This document shows, in pieces, positions 10,940 through 20,706 of a DNA stretch of 64,000 nt. The stretch comes from an uncultured Candidatus Rokubacteria bacterium. GTDB taxonomy: Bacteria > Methylomirabilota > Methylomirabilia > Rokubacteriales > CSP1-6. The notes under the pieces are model-generated. The model was not told the origin of the DNA. It made no database searches and worked only from the letters and a program-made list of their open reading frames with translations. Numbering within the stretch: position 1 is the first letter of the stretch; the number at the start of each line of letters is the position of its first letter. The stretch lies in contig CAVWFS010000002.1 in the NCBI GenBank assembly GCA_963754315.1, positions 1 to 64,000 on the forward strand. The letters are read 5' to 3'. The position numbers and the translations under genes are program-made.

Positions 10940-11113
10940 GTGGCGAAGAAGAAGTTGGCCGGCAAAGGGGACCAGGAGATGGTGAAGACCACACTCAGGC
11001 TGTCGGTGGAAACATGGCGAAAGGCTAGGGTTCGTGCCCTGGACGAGCGGGTGTCGTTCCAGGAGATCGTGGAGCGGGCGCTGGAGCAGTACTTCAAAGG
11101 TGGCCGCTCATGA
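10940..11113 (+). CDS. 57-aa ribbon-helix-helix protein
   Basis: GTG start; MAKKKLAGKGDQEMVKTTLRLSVETWRKARVRALDERVSFQEIVERALEQYFKGGRS*. Stop overlaps the integrase ATG (ATGA). Below the ORF-track cutoff. Confidence 0.75.
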   Translation: MAKKKLAGKGDQEMVKTTLRLSVETWRKARVRALDERVSFQEIVERALEQYFKGGRS

Positions 11114-12358
11114 TGAACCAGCTCCCGGCGAATGACCACGGCAAGCAGCGCGAGCGCGGCTCAGGCTCCCTCTTCCATGACACGTACCGCGACAAGGCCA
11201 CGGGCGAGAAGGTGAAGTGTGCGACGTGGACGATGAAGCTGTGGGTCAGCGGCAAGGCGCTCAAGAAGCCATCAGGCACGACCTCCCGATCCGTCGCGGC
11301 CAAGCAACTGGAAAAGTGGAAGGCCGAGGTGCTCCAAGGCACCTACGTTCCGGACGCGGACAAGACCACCTTCGACGATCTGGCGACCCTCTTGACGAAC
11401 GAGTACAAGGCCAACGGCCGCCGCTCAACGGATCGAGTGGAGGACGCCATCGGGCACCTACGGGCGTTCTTCACGGCCTACTGCCGTGCCCGCGCCATCA
11501 CGACCGACCGTGTGCTCGCGTACGTGCGGCACCGCCAGGAGCAGGGCGCTGCGAACGCGACGGTAAACCGGGAGTTATCCGCCCTCAAGAGGATGCTCCG
11601 CCTGGGCGAGAAGGTCGGGAAGGTTGCGCGACGGCCCCACATCGACATGCTCCAGGAGTCGAACGTGAGGACGGGGTTCTTCGAGCCCGAGCAGTTCCGA
11701 GCCCTGGTCGACCACCTCCCCGAGGACTGAGGGCGGTGGCCGAGGTCGCCTACATCACCGGCTGGCGCATCCGGTCAGAGCTCCTCACCAGGCAGTGGAA
11801 GCACGTGGACTTCAGGGGCGGCTGGCTGCGCTTGGAGCCCGGGGAAACCAAGAACGACGACGGCCGACAGTTCCCGCTGACCGATGACCTGCGCACAGTC
11901 CTCGAGCGCCAACGCATGCGAACGATCGAGGCGCAGAGGGCCGGCGGCGTGATCATCCCATGGGTGTTCCACCGGACCAAGACGAACCGGCGCACGAAGG
12001 TCACGAGTACGGGGTGCCTATCGTGTCCTTCCGGCGAGCGTGGCTCACCGCCTGCAAGAGCGCCGGAGTCCCCGAGCGCATCCCGCATGACTTCCGGAGG
12101 ACGGCCGTCCGGAACCTGGAGCGCGCCGGGGTCCCGCGCTCGTCAGCCATGGCGATGGTGGGCCACAAGACCGAGAGCGTCTACAGGCGCTACGCGATCG
12201 CGGACGAGCAGACGTTGCGCGAGGGCGCGGCGAAACTCCAGAGCCTCCACACGCTTCAAAGCGCCAGCTCGTGTTCCAGCGGAGTCCTGCCGATGACGCG
12301 ACGCGGCTCGGTCCGAGTACCGTCCGAGTCGGCCGTTGCGAACGAGGGAGCACGCTGA
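11110..12358 (+). CDS. int: Tyrosine recombinase/integrase (two frameshifts)
   Basis: ANATVNRELSAL, catalytic R (TGWRIRSE), ETKN, HDFRR, GHKT and VYRRY. Breaks near 11725 and 12015. Confidence 0.93.
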
Positions 12359-12376
12359 GGAACTATGCGGAAAAGC

Positions 12377-12453
<77 letters not shown>

Positions 12454-12522
12454 CCAGACCTTGTGAGGGTACCAGAGGCTCGGAGGGCTGTCCATGCGCG
12501 TAGCCTGATCGACGCGCGTGAC

Positions 12523-13842
12523 TCACCTGCCGAGGTCGCGGACGAGGCTTCCCCAGAGCGTGCCGAGTTCTCGGGCGCCCGCCAGATCGACCGGTTGCTT
12601 GCGTACGGCAGTGTGGACCATGACCAACCGGCTAGACGGATCGATGTAGATCGCCTGGCCCCGCACGCCGAGGAGCGCGAACCGCCGTCGCTCGCCCGGG
12701 AAGATCCAGGTCTGATAGCCGTATCCGAAGAACGGCGTGGCGATGCCGGGTTGGAGATAGAGCCGATCAGGGCGCACGCTCGTCGCCTCCTCCACCCAGT
12801 TAGCGGGGATGACCTGTTGGCCACGCCACCTTCCACCGTGCGCGAGGAGCAGGCCCAGCCGCGCGTAGTCGCGCAGCACCGCGTTGAGGCAGCAGAAGGT
12901 CACCTCTTGGCCCGAGCGGTCGATGAGCCACGTGGCGTCGGCTTCGGCTCCCATGGGCGCCCAGATCTTGTCGTGCAGATAGTCGGCGACGGGCAGTCCG
13001 ACCGCGCGGCGCAGCACGAGGCCCAGCACCTGGGTCTCGACGGAGGCGTAAGAGAACTTGGTGCCGGCCGGCACGGCCCGCGTGTTGAAGGGCGTGACCG
13101 CGCCGACGCCCCCTGCTCCTCTCAGCATGAACGTGTCGGCAGCCAGCATCGAGACGTCGTCACGACCTGAATACTCCTCGACGAACCGGACGCCTGAAGA
13201 CATCTGGAGCAGGTCCCGGAGCGAGGTGCGCCCATACTCGGTGCCGGCCAGCGCAGGCTCGTAGGCGGCGGCCGGATCGTCCACCGAGCGGATGCGACCC
13301 TCGGCGACTGCGATTCCGACGAGCATGGCGGTGACCGTCTTGGCCATCGACCACGAGGTGAAGCGATGCTGGTCGTTCCGCCCATACTGATAGCGCTCGA
13401 CAAGGATCGTGTCGTCGCGGGCGACCAGAAACCCGGTGGCAGGGTTGCGCGCGAGGTAGTCGTCGAGGGTGAGCGTCTGGCCTGCGAACTCGTAGCGAAT
13501 CGCCGGTTCCTCGCCGGCGCGCGCCAGCGGTGACGGCGTCGAAGCCCTGCGAACCAGCCGCCCCTCGAAGATCTCGTCGAGATGGCTGAGGGAGCCGACA
13601 AGAAAGGGCACCCGAAAGTACGTCGACCGGTCGCCGATCGGATAGCCGTCACTGGCACCGTACTCCTGGGCATCCGGACCACCGGGCGTCAGGCGAGGCG
13701 CAGCGGAAGGTGACGGCGCGACTGGGCCGCTCCCGGCCGCGGCATCGCGGGGACTTGACGACGTTGGTGGTGTGCACGCGGTAAGGACAGCGGCAAGCAC
13801 ACACACGACGATCAGCGGCCGAGTGATGTCGTTGACGAGCAC
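12523..13842 (-). CDS. Serine hydrolase, beta-lactamase/AmpC family, probable lipoprotein
   Basis: SMAK (SxxK), LLQMSSG, FSYAS and GVRGQ motifs. Lipobox VLTAC. Start uncertain. Confidence 0.88.
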   Translation of the reverse strand: MLVNDITRPLIVVCVLAAVLTACTPPTSSSPRDAAAGSGPVAPSPSAAPRLTPGGPDAQEYGASDGYPIGDRSTYFRVPFLVGSLSHLDEIFEGRLVRRASTPSPLARAGEEPAIRYEFAGQTLTLDDYLARNPATGFLVARDDTILVERYQYGRNDQHRFTSWSMAKTVTAMLVGIAVAEGRIRSVDDPAAAYEPALAGTEYGRTSLRDLLQMSSGVRFVEEYSGRDDVSMLAADTFMLRGAGGVGAVTPFNTRAVPAGTKFSYASVETQVLGLVLRRAVGLPVADYLHDKIWAPMGAEADATWLIDRSGQEVTFCCLNAVLRDYARLGLLLAHGGRWRGQQVIPANWVEEATSVRPDRLYLQPGIATPFFGYGYQTWIFPGERRRFALLGVRGQAIYIDPSSRLVMVHTAVRKQPVDLAGARELGTLWGSLVRDLGR

Positions 13843-13933
13843 TGAACACACACTACTGCCCCACTCGATAGGTGGCAAGGAAGCGCGCGAGACCTTGCTC
13901 ACGCGTCCCCGTTCCGGTAGCGTGATCGCAACC

Positions 13934-14326
13934 ATGCCGGAGCGCTATCAAGATTGGATGCGCCAAGCTGGGCTCGACCTCGATCACGCCCGGCTGGCTG
14001 CTCGCGAGGGGCATCTCGAGTGGGCGGTGTTCGCCGCCCAGCAAGCCGCCGAGAAGGCCTGCAAGGCGCTGCACATGTCGGGCGGCGGCGAGGCGTGGGG
14101 GCACGATCTCACGACGCTCCTCGGCGCGCTTCCCGCCGGGCGCCGCGCCCCGCCCGATCTCGTGGACCGCGCCAAGGCTCTCGACAAGCACTACGTCACC
14201 TCACGGTACCCGAACGGATTTGCCGAAGGGATCCCGCGTGACCACTACACACGCCGGGAGGCCGACCAGGCCATTGCCGATGCCGAAGCCATCGTCGACT
14301 TCTGTACGCGTTCGCTACCTCGATAG
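13934..14326 (+). CDS. HEPN domain protein
   Basis: WMRQAGLDL, FAAQQAAEKACKA, WGHDL and HYVTSRYP. Confidence 0.9.
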   Translation: MPERYQDWMRQAGLDLDHARLAAREGHLEWAVFAAQQAAEKACKALHMSGGGEAWGHDLTTLLGALPAGRRAPPDLVDRAKALDKHYVTSRYPNGFAEGIPRDHYTRREADQAIADAEAIVDFCTRSLPR

Positions 14327-14650
14327 GGACGCCGTCCTCGCGGCGATCCACGACCTGGCCGCGAGGATCGGCGCCGAGCGCTCAGAGGTGAGCGAGATTC
14401 GCCTCTTCGGCTCCCTCGCGCGCGGCGAGCGCAACCCCTACGCCGACGCGGACTGGCTTGTGGTAGTGGACGCCTCTGCCCTATCGCTCCGCGACCGGAT
14501 TCCGGTCTACAAACCCGTCGGGAGCCCGGTACCGATGGACATCACCGTATGCACACGCGCGGAACTGGACCGCGAAGTCGCCGCCGGCAACCGATTTCTA
14601 CAGCGCGTCCTTGCCGAGAGCGCCTGCTCTATCAGCGCGCTCCCGCCTGA
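14280..14650 (+). CDS. Minimal nucleotidyltransferase (MNT); terminal frameshift
   Basis: LFGSLARGE...ADADWLVVV (GSx10DxD). Overlaps the HEPN gene. Confidence 0.88.
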
Positions 14651-14663
14651 CGCGACGACGCGC

Positions 14664-15986
14664 TTACTTCCCGGCGAAGGCCCCCTCCGCCACCATCGCG
14701 CGAAACGCCCGCTCGTAACCGGCCACCGTCCGCGCGACGTCCTCGTCGGTGTGCACGGACGAGATCCAGCCGTGATTCGGCGAGCAATCGAGCCCGTTGT
14801 TGAGCAGCGCGCAGCGCAGCAGATGGTAGAGCGCGCCCTTCTTGGGCTTGTCGGGACCGGCCAGGCCGGGCTTGCCGTCAAAGGACACGTGGTAGATCGA
14901 CGCCTCTCCATACACCTCGCCCGGCGCGCCCGCGCGGCGGAGCACCTCGGAGAGCCCCTGCCGGAGCGTGTCCCCCAGCTTGTTGGCGCGAGCCTGCAGG
15001 GACGCGTCGCCGATCATCTCGAGCGTGGCGACGCCGGCCGCCGCCGAGAGCGGATTGGCGTTGAAGGTTCCGGCGTGGGCCACCCGCCGGCGCCGATCCC
15101 AGTCGGGATCGCCGCGATGGGCGAGCATCGACATCAGTGTGCGCGATCCGGTGAGGGCGCCGCCGGGAAGACCGCCGGCCACGATCTTGGCCAGGGTGGT
15201 CAGATCGGGGGTCACGCTGAAGTACTGCTGGGCGCCGCCCGGCGCGTAGCGGAAGCCGGTGATCACCTCGTCGAAGATGAGCACCACACCGTGCTTGCTG
15301 GTGATCGCACGCAATTCCTGAAGGTATCCAGGAACGGTCGGGGTCGTTCCCGCCGCGCCGCCCGCAGGCTCGAGGATGATCGCCGCCACGTCCCCCGTCT
15401 CGAAGGCCAGCTCGACGGCCTTGATGTCGTTGGGAGGACAGACGATCACGTGCTCCAGCGTGCCTTCGGGAACTCCCGCCGACATGGGCATGTCGTAGGG
15501 CGGATAGACGCCGGCGGTGACCCCGTCGTGCCAGCCGTGGAAGTGGCCGGCGAGCTTCACCACCTTGGAGCGGCCGGTGTAGGCGCGCGCCACGCGCAGA
15601 GCCAGATGCGTGGCCTCCGTGCCCGACATGGTGAAGCGCGTCAGCTCCCCGCACGGGACCAGGCCGTTGACCAGCTCGGCCCACCGCACCTCGAGCTCGT
15701 GGCTGCCGCCCACGTGAGTGACCCGCGCCGCCTGCTCCTGGACCGCCTTGACGACCACGGGATGGCAATGCCCCAGGAAGAGAGAGCCGTGCCCCATCCA
15801 GTAGTCGATGTACTCGTGGCCGTCGACGTCCCACTTGTGGCTGCCCTGTGAGCGTTCGACGTAGGTCCCGAACGGCAGCAGGTAGCGGATATCGTGGGTG
15901 ATGCCGCCGGGGATGGCCTGGCGCGCTCGCTCGGCCAGGGCGGCGGATCGCGGATGCTTGGCCCGGTACTCCTCCAGGATGGTCAT
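14664..15986 (-). CDS. Class III aminotransferase (glutamate-1-semialdehyde aminomutase-like)
   Basis: DVDGHEYID, SGTEAT, FDEVITGFR, LAKIVAGGLP and GTFNANP. Confidence 0.9.
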   Translation of the reverse strand: MTILEEYRAKHPRSAALAERARQAIPGGITHDIRYLLPFGTYVERSQGSHKWDVDGHEYIDYWMGHGSLFLGHCHPVVVKAVQEQAARVTHVGGSHELEVRWAELVNGLVPCGELTRFTMSGTEATHLALRVARAYTGRSKVVKLAGHFHGWHDGVTAGVYPPYDMPMSAGVPEGTLEHVIVCPPNDIKAVELAFETGDVAAIILEPAGGAAGTTPTVPGYLQELRAITSKHGVVLIFDEVITGFRYAPGGAQQYFSVTPDLTTLAKIVAGGLPGGALTGSRTLMSMLAHRGDPDWDRRRRVAHAGTFNANPLSAAAGVATLEMIGDASLQARANKLGDTLRQGLSEVLRRAGAPGEVYGEASIYHVSFDGKPGLAGPDKPKKGALYHLLRCALLNNGLDCSPNHGWISSVHTDEDVARTVAGYERAFRAMVAEGAFAGK

Positions 15987-17131
15987 CGTCGGCTCGCCTT
16001 TCCCCGCGAGATCGAGGGTGCGGTCTTCGGTGCGGTTCCTGCCATCATACCGGATTCGGCGGCGATGCCGAGGAGCCGGAGAAACGCGGTGTGGGTGTCG
16101 AGATCGAGGCTGTCCACCGTGGCCTCCGGCCGGCGCGTGATGCCGTCGACGGCGCCGGCTTTCACGCAGGCCTCGATCAGCCGGCGCTCCGTCTCGGGAG
16201 CGTGCAGCAGCGGGCGCCCGGCGAGCCGGCCCAGCTCGGCGGTGATGCCGTACGCGCCCCAGTTCGAGACGCCGGCCACGACCAGATGATCGGTGGCGAC
16301 GACGGCCGCGATACGCGCCATGAGCGGCCCCAGGCGGGACAGACGCACGCGCACGTTGCCCATGCCGATCTCGTTACCGCCATCACCAACCCCGATCGTG
16401 ACCGGGCGAAAGCCAGCCCGCCCATGTCCCGACGCCGGGGCGAGGCCACGCGCACTTCTCGACGCGGATCGGATAGAACCATGCGCGCTCCGTAAAGGCG
16501 GGCTAGCACCGGCGCCACGCAAAGTCGGGTCAGCGGAGCCACCGACGCCGCGTGAAGCCGAGGCACCGGCGCCACGTGAAGTCGGGCGGACGGAGCCACG
16601 CGCACCTGGAACGGGCCCCCCACGCTTCGAGCCGGGCTCCCACGCGTCGCCACAAAGAAACAGCTCGTCGATCGGACGGTTCCACGCCTTCACCGACACG
16701 CCGCGCGCGTTCAGATAGTCGCCCCCGGGCCCCCGGCCCGGACGCTCGATGGCCACCATGTGGGTCGGACGCTCGCGGCGAAGGAGAGCCGGCGCCGCAC
16801 CGTCACCCTCGGGATAGACCATGATGTCGGCCCGTTCGCCCACCACCGCGAGCGCCGCTTCGAGAAGCGGCACGTTCTGGGGGTCGGTGACGTAGCGCAC
16901 GCGCGCCCCGAGCTGACCGAGCGCGCGCCCGAGCACGGCCGCGCCGGGCGGCCCGTCGGTCTCCGGAGCGTTCTCGGCCACGGTGAAGCCGGTCGCGATG
17001 AGCACGCGCCGCGCTCCCTGCAGGGCCTGCGCCGCCCGCCGCGCTGCACCCGGACGAAAGATGGCGGCGATCCCGCGCCCTCCCGGATCGAGCACCAGCA
17101 GATGGTCGATCGGGTCCCACCGCTCGGGCAT
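15983..17131 (-). CDS. DUF4392 / D-glutamate cyclase-like protein with a low-complexity insert
   Basis: ATGF, ETDGPPGA, IERPG, GDGGNEIGMG, VSNWGAY and GAVDG. Confidence 0.85.
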   Translation of the reverse strand: MPERWDPIDHLLVLDPGGRGIAAIFRPGAARRAAQALQGARRVLIATGFTVAENAPETDGPPGAAVLGRALGQLGARVRYVTDPQNVPLLEAALAVVGERADIMVYPEGDGAAPALLRRERPTHMVAIERPGRGPGGDYLNARGVSVKAWNRPIDELFLCGDAWEPGSKRGGPVPGARGSVRPTSRGAGASASRGVGGSADPTLRGAGASPPLRSAHGSIRSASRSARGLAPASGHGRAGFRPVTIGVGDGGNEIGMGNVRVRLSRLGPLMARIAAVVATDHLVVAGVSNWGAYGITAELGRLAGRPLLHAPETERRLIEACVKAGAVDGITRRPEATVDSLDLDTHTAFLRLLGIAAESGMMAGTAPKTAPSISRGKASRR

Positions 17132-17141
17132 GACGCCGAGT

Positions 17142-18931
17142 CTACTGTGTCCGCCCGAGCTCGAACAGAACGGCCTGATAGGGGCGCGAGCAGCTCTCCT
17201 CCTCCCGTGCCTCCGAAGCGCGGCTCTGCGCTGTCGAGAAGCACGGTGGACCCGGCGAGCACGCGGGGCAGCGGCCGGCGCTCACCCGTCAGGTTGGCCG
17301 CCAGAACCACACGCTCGCCGCTTCGGGGCCTGTCGCGTCACCAGGAGCACGCCGTCCGCCATCTCAGCCTGGGTGGCCTGCTTGTTGCGCGCACCGAGAG
17401 CTGGATGGTTGCTACGAATTGTCAGCCATGCGCGATAGTACTCGCGCAGCTCACGGTGCCCCGGCTTCGTCACGAGGGTGCGGTTCAGGCGCGCGCTCGC
17501 GAAGGTGGCCGGATCGCTCGGGTCGTGGACCTGGCCCGGCCAGCCGAGGCGCTCGAGCTCGCCCTGGCGGCCGCGAGACACCGCCTCCTGCAGGCCCGGA
17601 TCCAGGAACGACGCGAAGAACGGAAAGGGCGCCGTCTCGCCGTACTCCTCACCCATGAAGAGCAGCGGGATGGCCGGCGTTGCGCAGAGGATGGCCACCG
17701 CCGCCTTCACGGCCTCGGGAGGAACCAGTGCCGACAGGCGCTGGCTGCCCGCGCGGTTGCCTACCTGGTCGTGATTCTGAAGGGAGATCACGAAATGCTC
17801 GGCGGGAAGGTCGGCGCTCGGGGTGCCCCGATTCCGCCCCCAGTACACCGACGGCTCACCTTGATAGGCGAACCCCTCGGCGATGGCGCGCTCGAGGCCG
17901 TGTCCGCGCTGGATAATCGGCGTAGTAGCCGACCTGATCGCCGAGTGAGACGCGTGTGAAGGGCATGGTGAAAGTCGTCCGACCACACGGCGTCGAGGCC
18001 GAGGCCGCCCCCGGCCGCGGGGATCACGATGCGGCGGTCGTTGTCGTGAGATTCGGCGATCACGTGCAGGGGGCGCCCGAATGTCATCGCTTCTTCACGC
18101 GCCGCTGCCGCCAGCTCCGTCAGAATGTGCCGGGGGCTCGCATCGGCGATGGCGTGGATGGCATCCAGACGCAGCCCGTCGACGTGAAACTCGCGGACCC
18201 AGTAGCGCGCGTTCTCGACGAGGTGGCGGCGGACGCCAGCTGCATCGGCGCCATCGACGTTGATGCCCGGCCCCCAGGGGGTAGGGTGGCGATCGGTGAA
18301 GTAGGGACCGAACTCGGCGAGGTAGTTGCCCTCGGGGCCCAGGTGGTTGTAGATGACGTCGAGGATGACCGAGAGCCCGGCCGCGTGGCAGGCATCGACC
18401 AGCCGCCGCATGCCCCGCGGGCCCCCGTAGGTGGACTGGGGCGCGAACAGGTGCACCCCGTCGTAGCCCCAGTTGCGGGCTCCGGGGAACTCGCCAACCG
18501 GCATCAGCTCGATCGCGGTCACGCCAAGCTCGACCAGCGCGGCCAGGTGGGGGATCACCGCCTCGAAGGTCCCCGTGCTCGGTGAAGGTGCCGACGTGCA
18601 GCTCATAGATAACCAGGGCTTCCAGCGCATGACCCCTGAAGGCCCCGTCGGTCCAGGGAAAATCCCCCGGGTCGACGACCATCGACGGACCGTGCACGCC
18701 GTCTGGCTGCCAGCGGGAAACAGGATCTGGCCGGTCGCGCTCACCGTCGAGCCGGTACTGGTACCTGCTCCCGGCACGAGCATCCGGGACGAGCCCCTCG
18801 AAGAGACCGTCGGTGGCCCTGAGCGCTACGGGCGCACGGCCCTTGAGCACGACCTCCACCGACCGACAATGGGGCGCCCACACCCGAAACTCGGTTTCAT
18901 TTGTCTTAAGGCTTGCACCCAAGCTGTCCAT
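17142..18931 (-). CDS. treZ: Malto-oligosyltrehalose trehalohydrolase (GH13; frameshifted)
   Basis: [70 protein letters not shown] and LFMGEEY. Confidence 0.92.
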
Positions 18932-18995
18932 ATTGTCCAATTGTAAGGAATCAGGTGTCGTTCCTCGCCTGGTCTCGCGGAGAAGGCGCGCACGA

Positions 18996-20702
18996 ATGAA
19001 CCCGTTCACGTTGGTGCTCCACAACCACCTGCCCATGGTGCTCAACCACGGCCGCTGGCCGCACGGGAGCGACTGGCTGTCCGAGGCCGCCTTCGAATGC
19101 TACCTTCCCCTGCTCGACACGGCGCACCGGCTGATCGCCGATGGCATCTCTCCCAGGTGGACGGTCAACCTCTCTCCCATTCTGGTCGAGCAGCTCGCCT
19201 CCCCCGAATTCCAGAAAGAGCTCGCCTACTACTACGAGGTGGTGCGGCGCAACTGTCTGGAGACCATGAAGTATTTCGAGGAGCAGGGGGTGAAGGAGGC
19301 GGTCGAGCTCACCCACTTCTGGGAAGATGTGTACGAGCGGATGTGGGAGCTGCACCGCAGGATCGGCGGCGACATTCCGGGGACGTTCGCCGAGCTGCAG
19401 CGCGACGGCCACATCGAGATCATCACGTGCGCGGCCACCCACGGCTACCTGCCCTTGCTGTCGCGGGACGAGTCCATCCACCTGCAGCTGCGGACCGCCG
19501 TCGAGACTCATCGCCGCCACTTCGGGCGGGCGCCGCGCGGAATCTGGCTGCCCGAATGCGCATACCGGCCGCGCTACGAGTGGACGACCCCCACGGGGCC
19601 GGACCGCGGCCGCGTCCGGCAGCTGCGACCGGGAATCGAGGAGATGCTGGCCCAGCACGGGCTCGAGTACTTCGTCGCGGACGCCCATCTGGTGGCGGCC
19701 GGCGCCGCCGTCTTCCCCTATCGCGACTACTTCACGTTGCCAGGGAATCTCGGGGAGAGCACGTCCACCGTCCAGAGTACTCACCGATCGCCCTATCACA
19801 CCTATCGGGTCGCCTCACGGGGCGGCACCGGGTCCGCGGTCGCGTTCTTCCGCGATCCGAAGTCGACCCTTCAGGTGTGGAGCCGTGATCACGGCTATCC
19901 GGGAGAGTTCGCCTATCTGGAGTTTCACAAGAAGCACTGGCCGGGCGGGCTCAAGCTCTGGCGCATCACGGATGCGAAGCGCGACCTGGCCACCAAGACC
20001 TTCTACGATCCCGCCTACGCGGCCGGCAAGGTGCGCCTGCACGCCCGGCACTTTGCCGAGCTCGTGCAAGGCACGCTCGCGCGCGAGGGCGCGACCGAAC
20101 CGGCGCTGGTGTGCTCACCCTACGACGCCGAGCTGTTCGGCCACTGGTGGTTCGAGGGTCCTGCCTGGCTCGAGCACACGGCGCGTGAGATGCACCGCAT
20201 CGGCGTCCCGCGCATGACCATGGGCGAGGCGCTGCAGAGGGTGCCGCCGCAGGCCAGCCTGGCTCTGCCCGAGGGCTCGTGGGGCGAGGGGGGCGATCAT
20301 CGCGTGTGGCTGAACCGCGAAACGGAGTGGACGTGGGATCGCGTGTACAGCGCGGAGACGGAGTGGGTGGCTCTGCTCAACCGGCTGGGGCCGGTCAGTC
20401 CCGATGCCCGCCGGGTGCTGGCCCAGGTATCGCGCGAGCTGCTAATTCTAGAGTCGTCGGACTGGCAGTTCCTCATCACCACCGGCGCCGCCCGTGACTA
20501 CGCCGAGCGGCGAGTGGCCGAGCATTACGTCGAGTTCAAGCGTCTCTCCGAGCTGGCCGGAATGCTGCTGCGGGGAGAACCCATGACGCCGGAGGGATCG
20601 GTACTCCTGCAGCGGCTGGAGCGCGAGGACTTCTGCTTCCCCGACCTCGATGCGACCTGGGGCCAGCCGCCTACCCCCCGCGCCAGCAAAGTGAGCGCCT
20701 GA
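18996..20702 (+). CDS. GH57 1,4-alpha-glucan branching enzyme (DUF1957)
   Basis: LHNHLP, GIWLPECAY, PYDAELFGHWWFEG and ESSDWQF. Confidence 0.92.
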   Translation: MNPFTLVLHNHLPMVLNHGRWPHGSDWLSEAAFECYLPLLDTAHRLIADGISPRWTVNLSPILVEQLASPEFQKELAYYYEVVRRNCLETMKYFEEQGVKEAVELTHFWEDVYERMWELHRRIGGDIPGTFAELQRDGHIEIITCAATHGYLPLLSRDESIHLQLRTAVETHRRHFGRAPRGIWLPECAYRPRYEWTTPTGPDRGRVRQLRPGIEEMLAQHGLEYFVADAHLVAAGAAVFPYRDYFTLPGNLGESTSTVQSTHRSPYHTYRVASRGGTGSAVAFFRDPKSTLQVWSRDHGYPGEFAYLEFHKKHWPGGLKLWRITDAKRDLATKTFYDPAYAAGKVRLHARHFAELVQGTLAREGATEPALVCSPYDAELFGHWWFEGPAWLEHTAREMHRIGVPRMTMGEALQRVPPQASLALPEGSWGEGGDHRVWLNRETEWTWDRVYSAETEWVALLNRLGPVSPDARRVLAQVSRELLILESSDWQFLITTGAARDYAERRVAEHYVEFKRLSELAGMLLRGEPMTPEGSVLLQRLEREDFCFPDLDATWGQPPTPRASKVSA

Positions 20703-20706
20703 GACC

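Larger units (their letters stand above)
1..12376. mobile_element. Integrative element (satellite/integrative-plasmid-like) inserted at the tRNA-Phe 3' end; left end outside the window or lost
   Basis: Tyrosine integrase ends 18 bp from the tRNA CCA end. It is preceded by RHH, Xis-like HTH, iteron-like repeats and a primase/DUF3987 gene. No capsid or tail genes seen, and no duplicate of the tRNA 3' end found in the window. Confidence 0.8.

Noticed and set aside
1..12376. Second att site (tRNA-Phe 3' duplicate)
   Set aside because: Not found by eye within the window.
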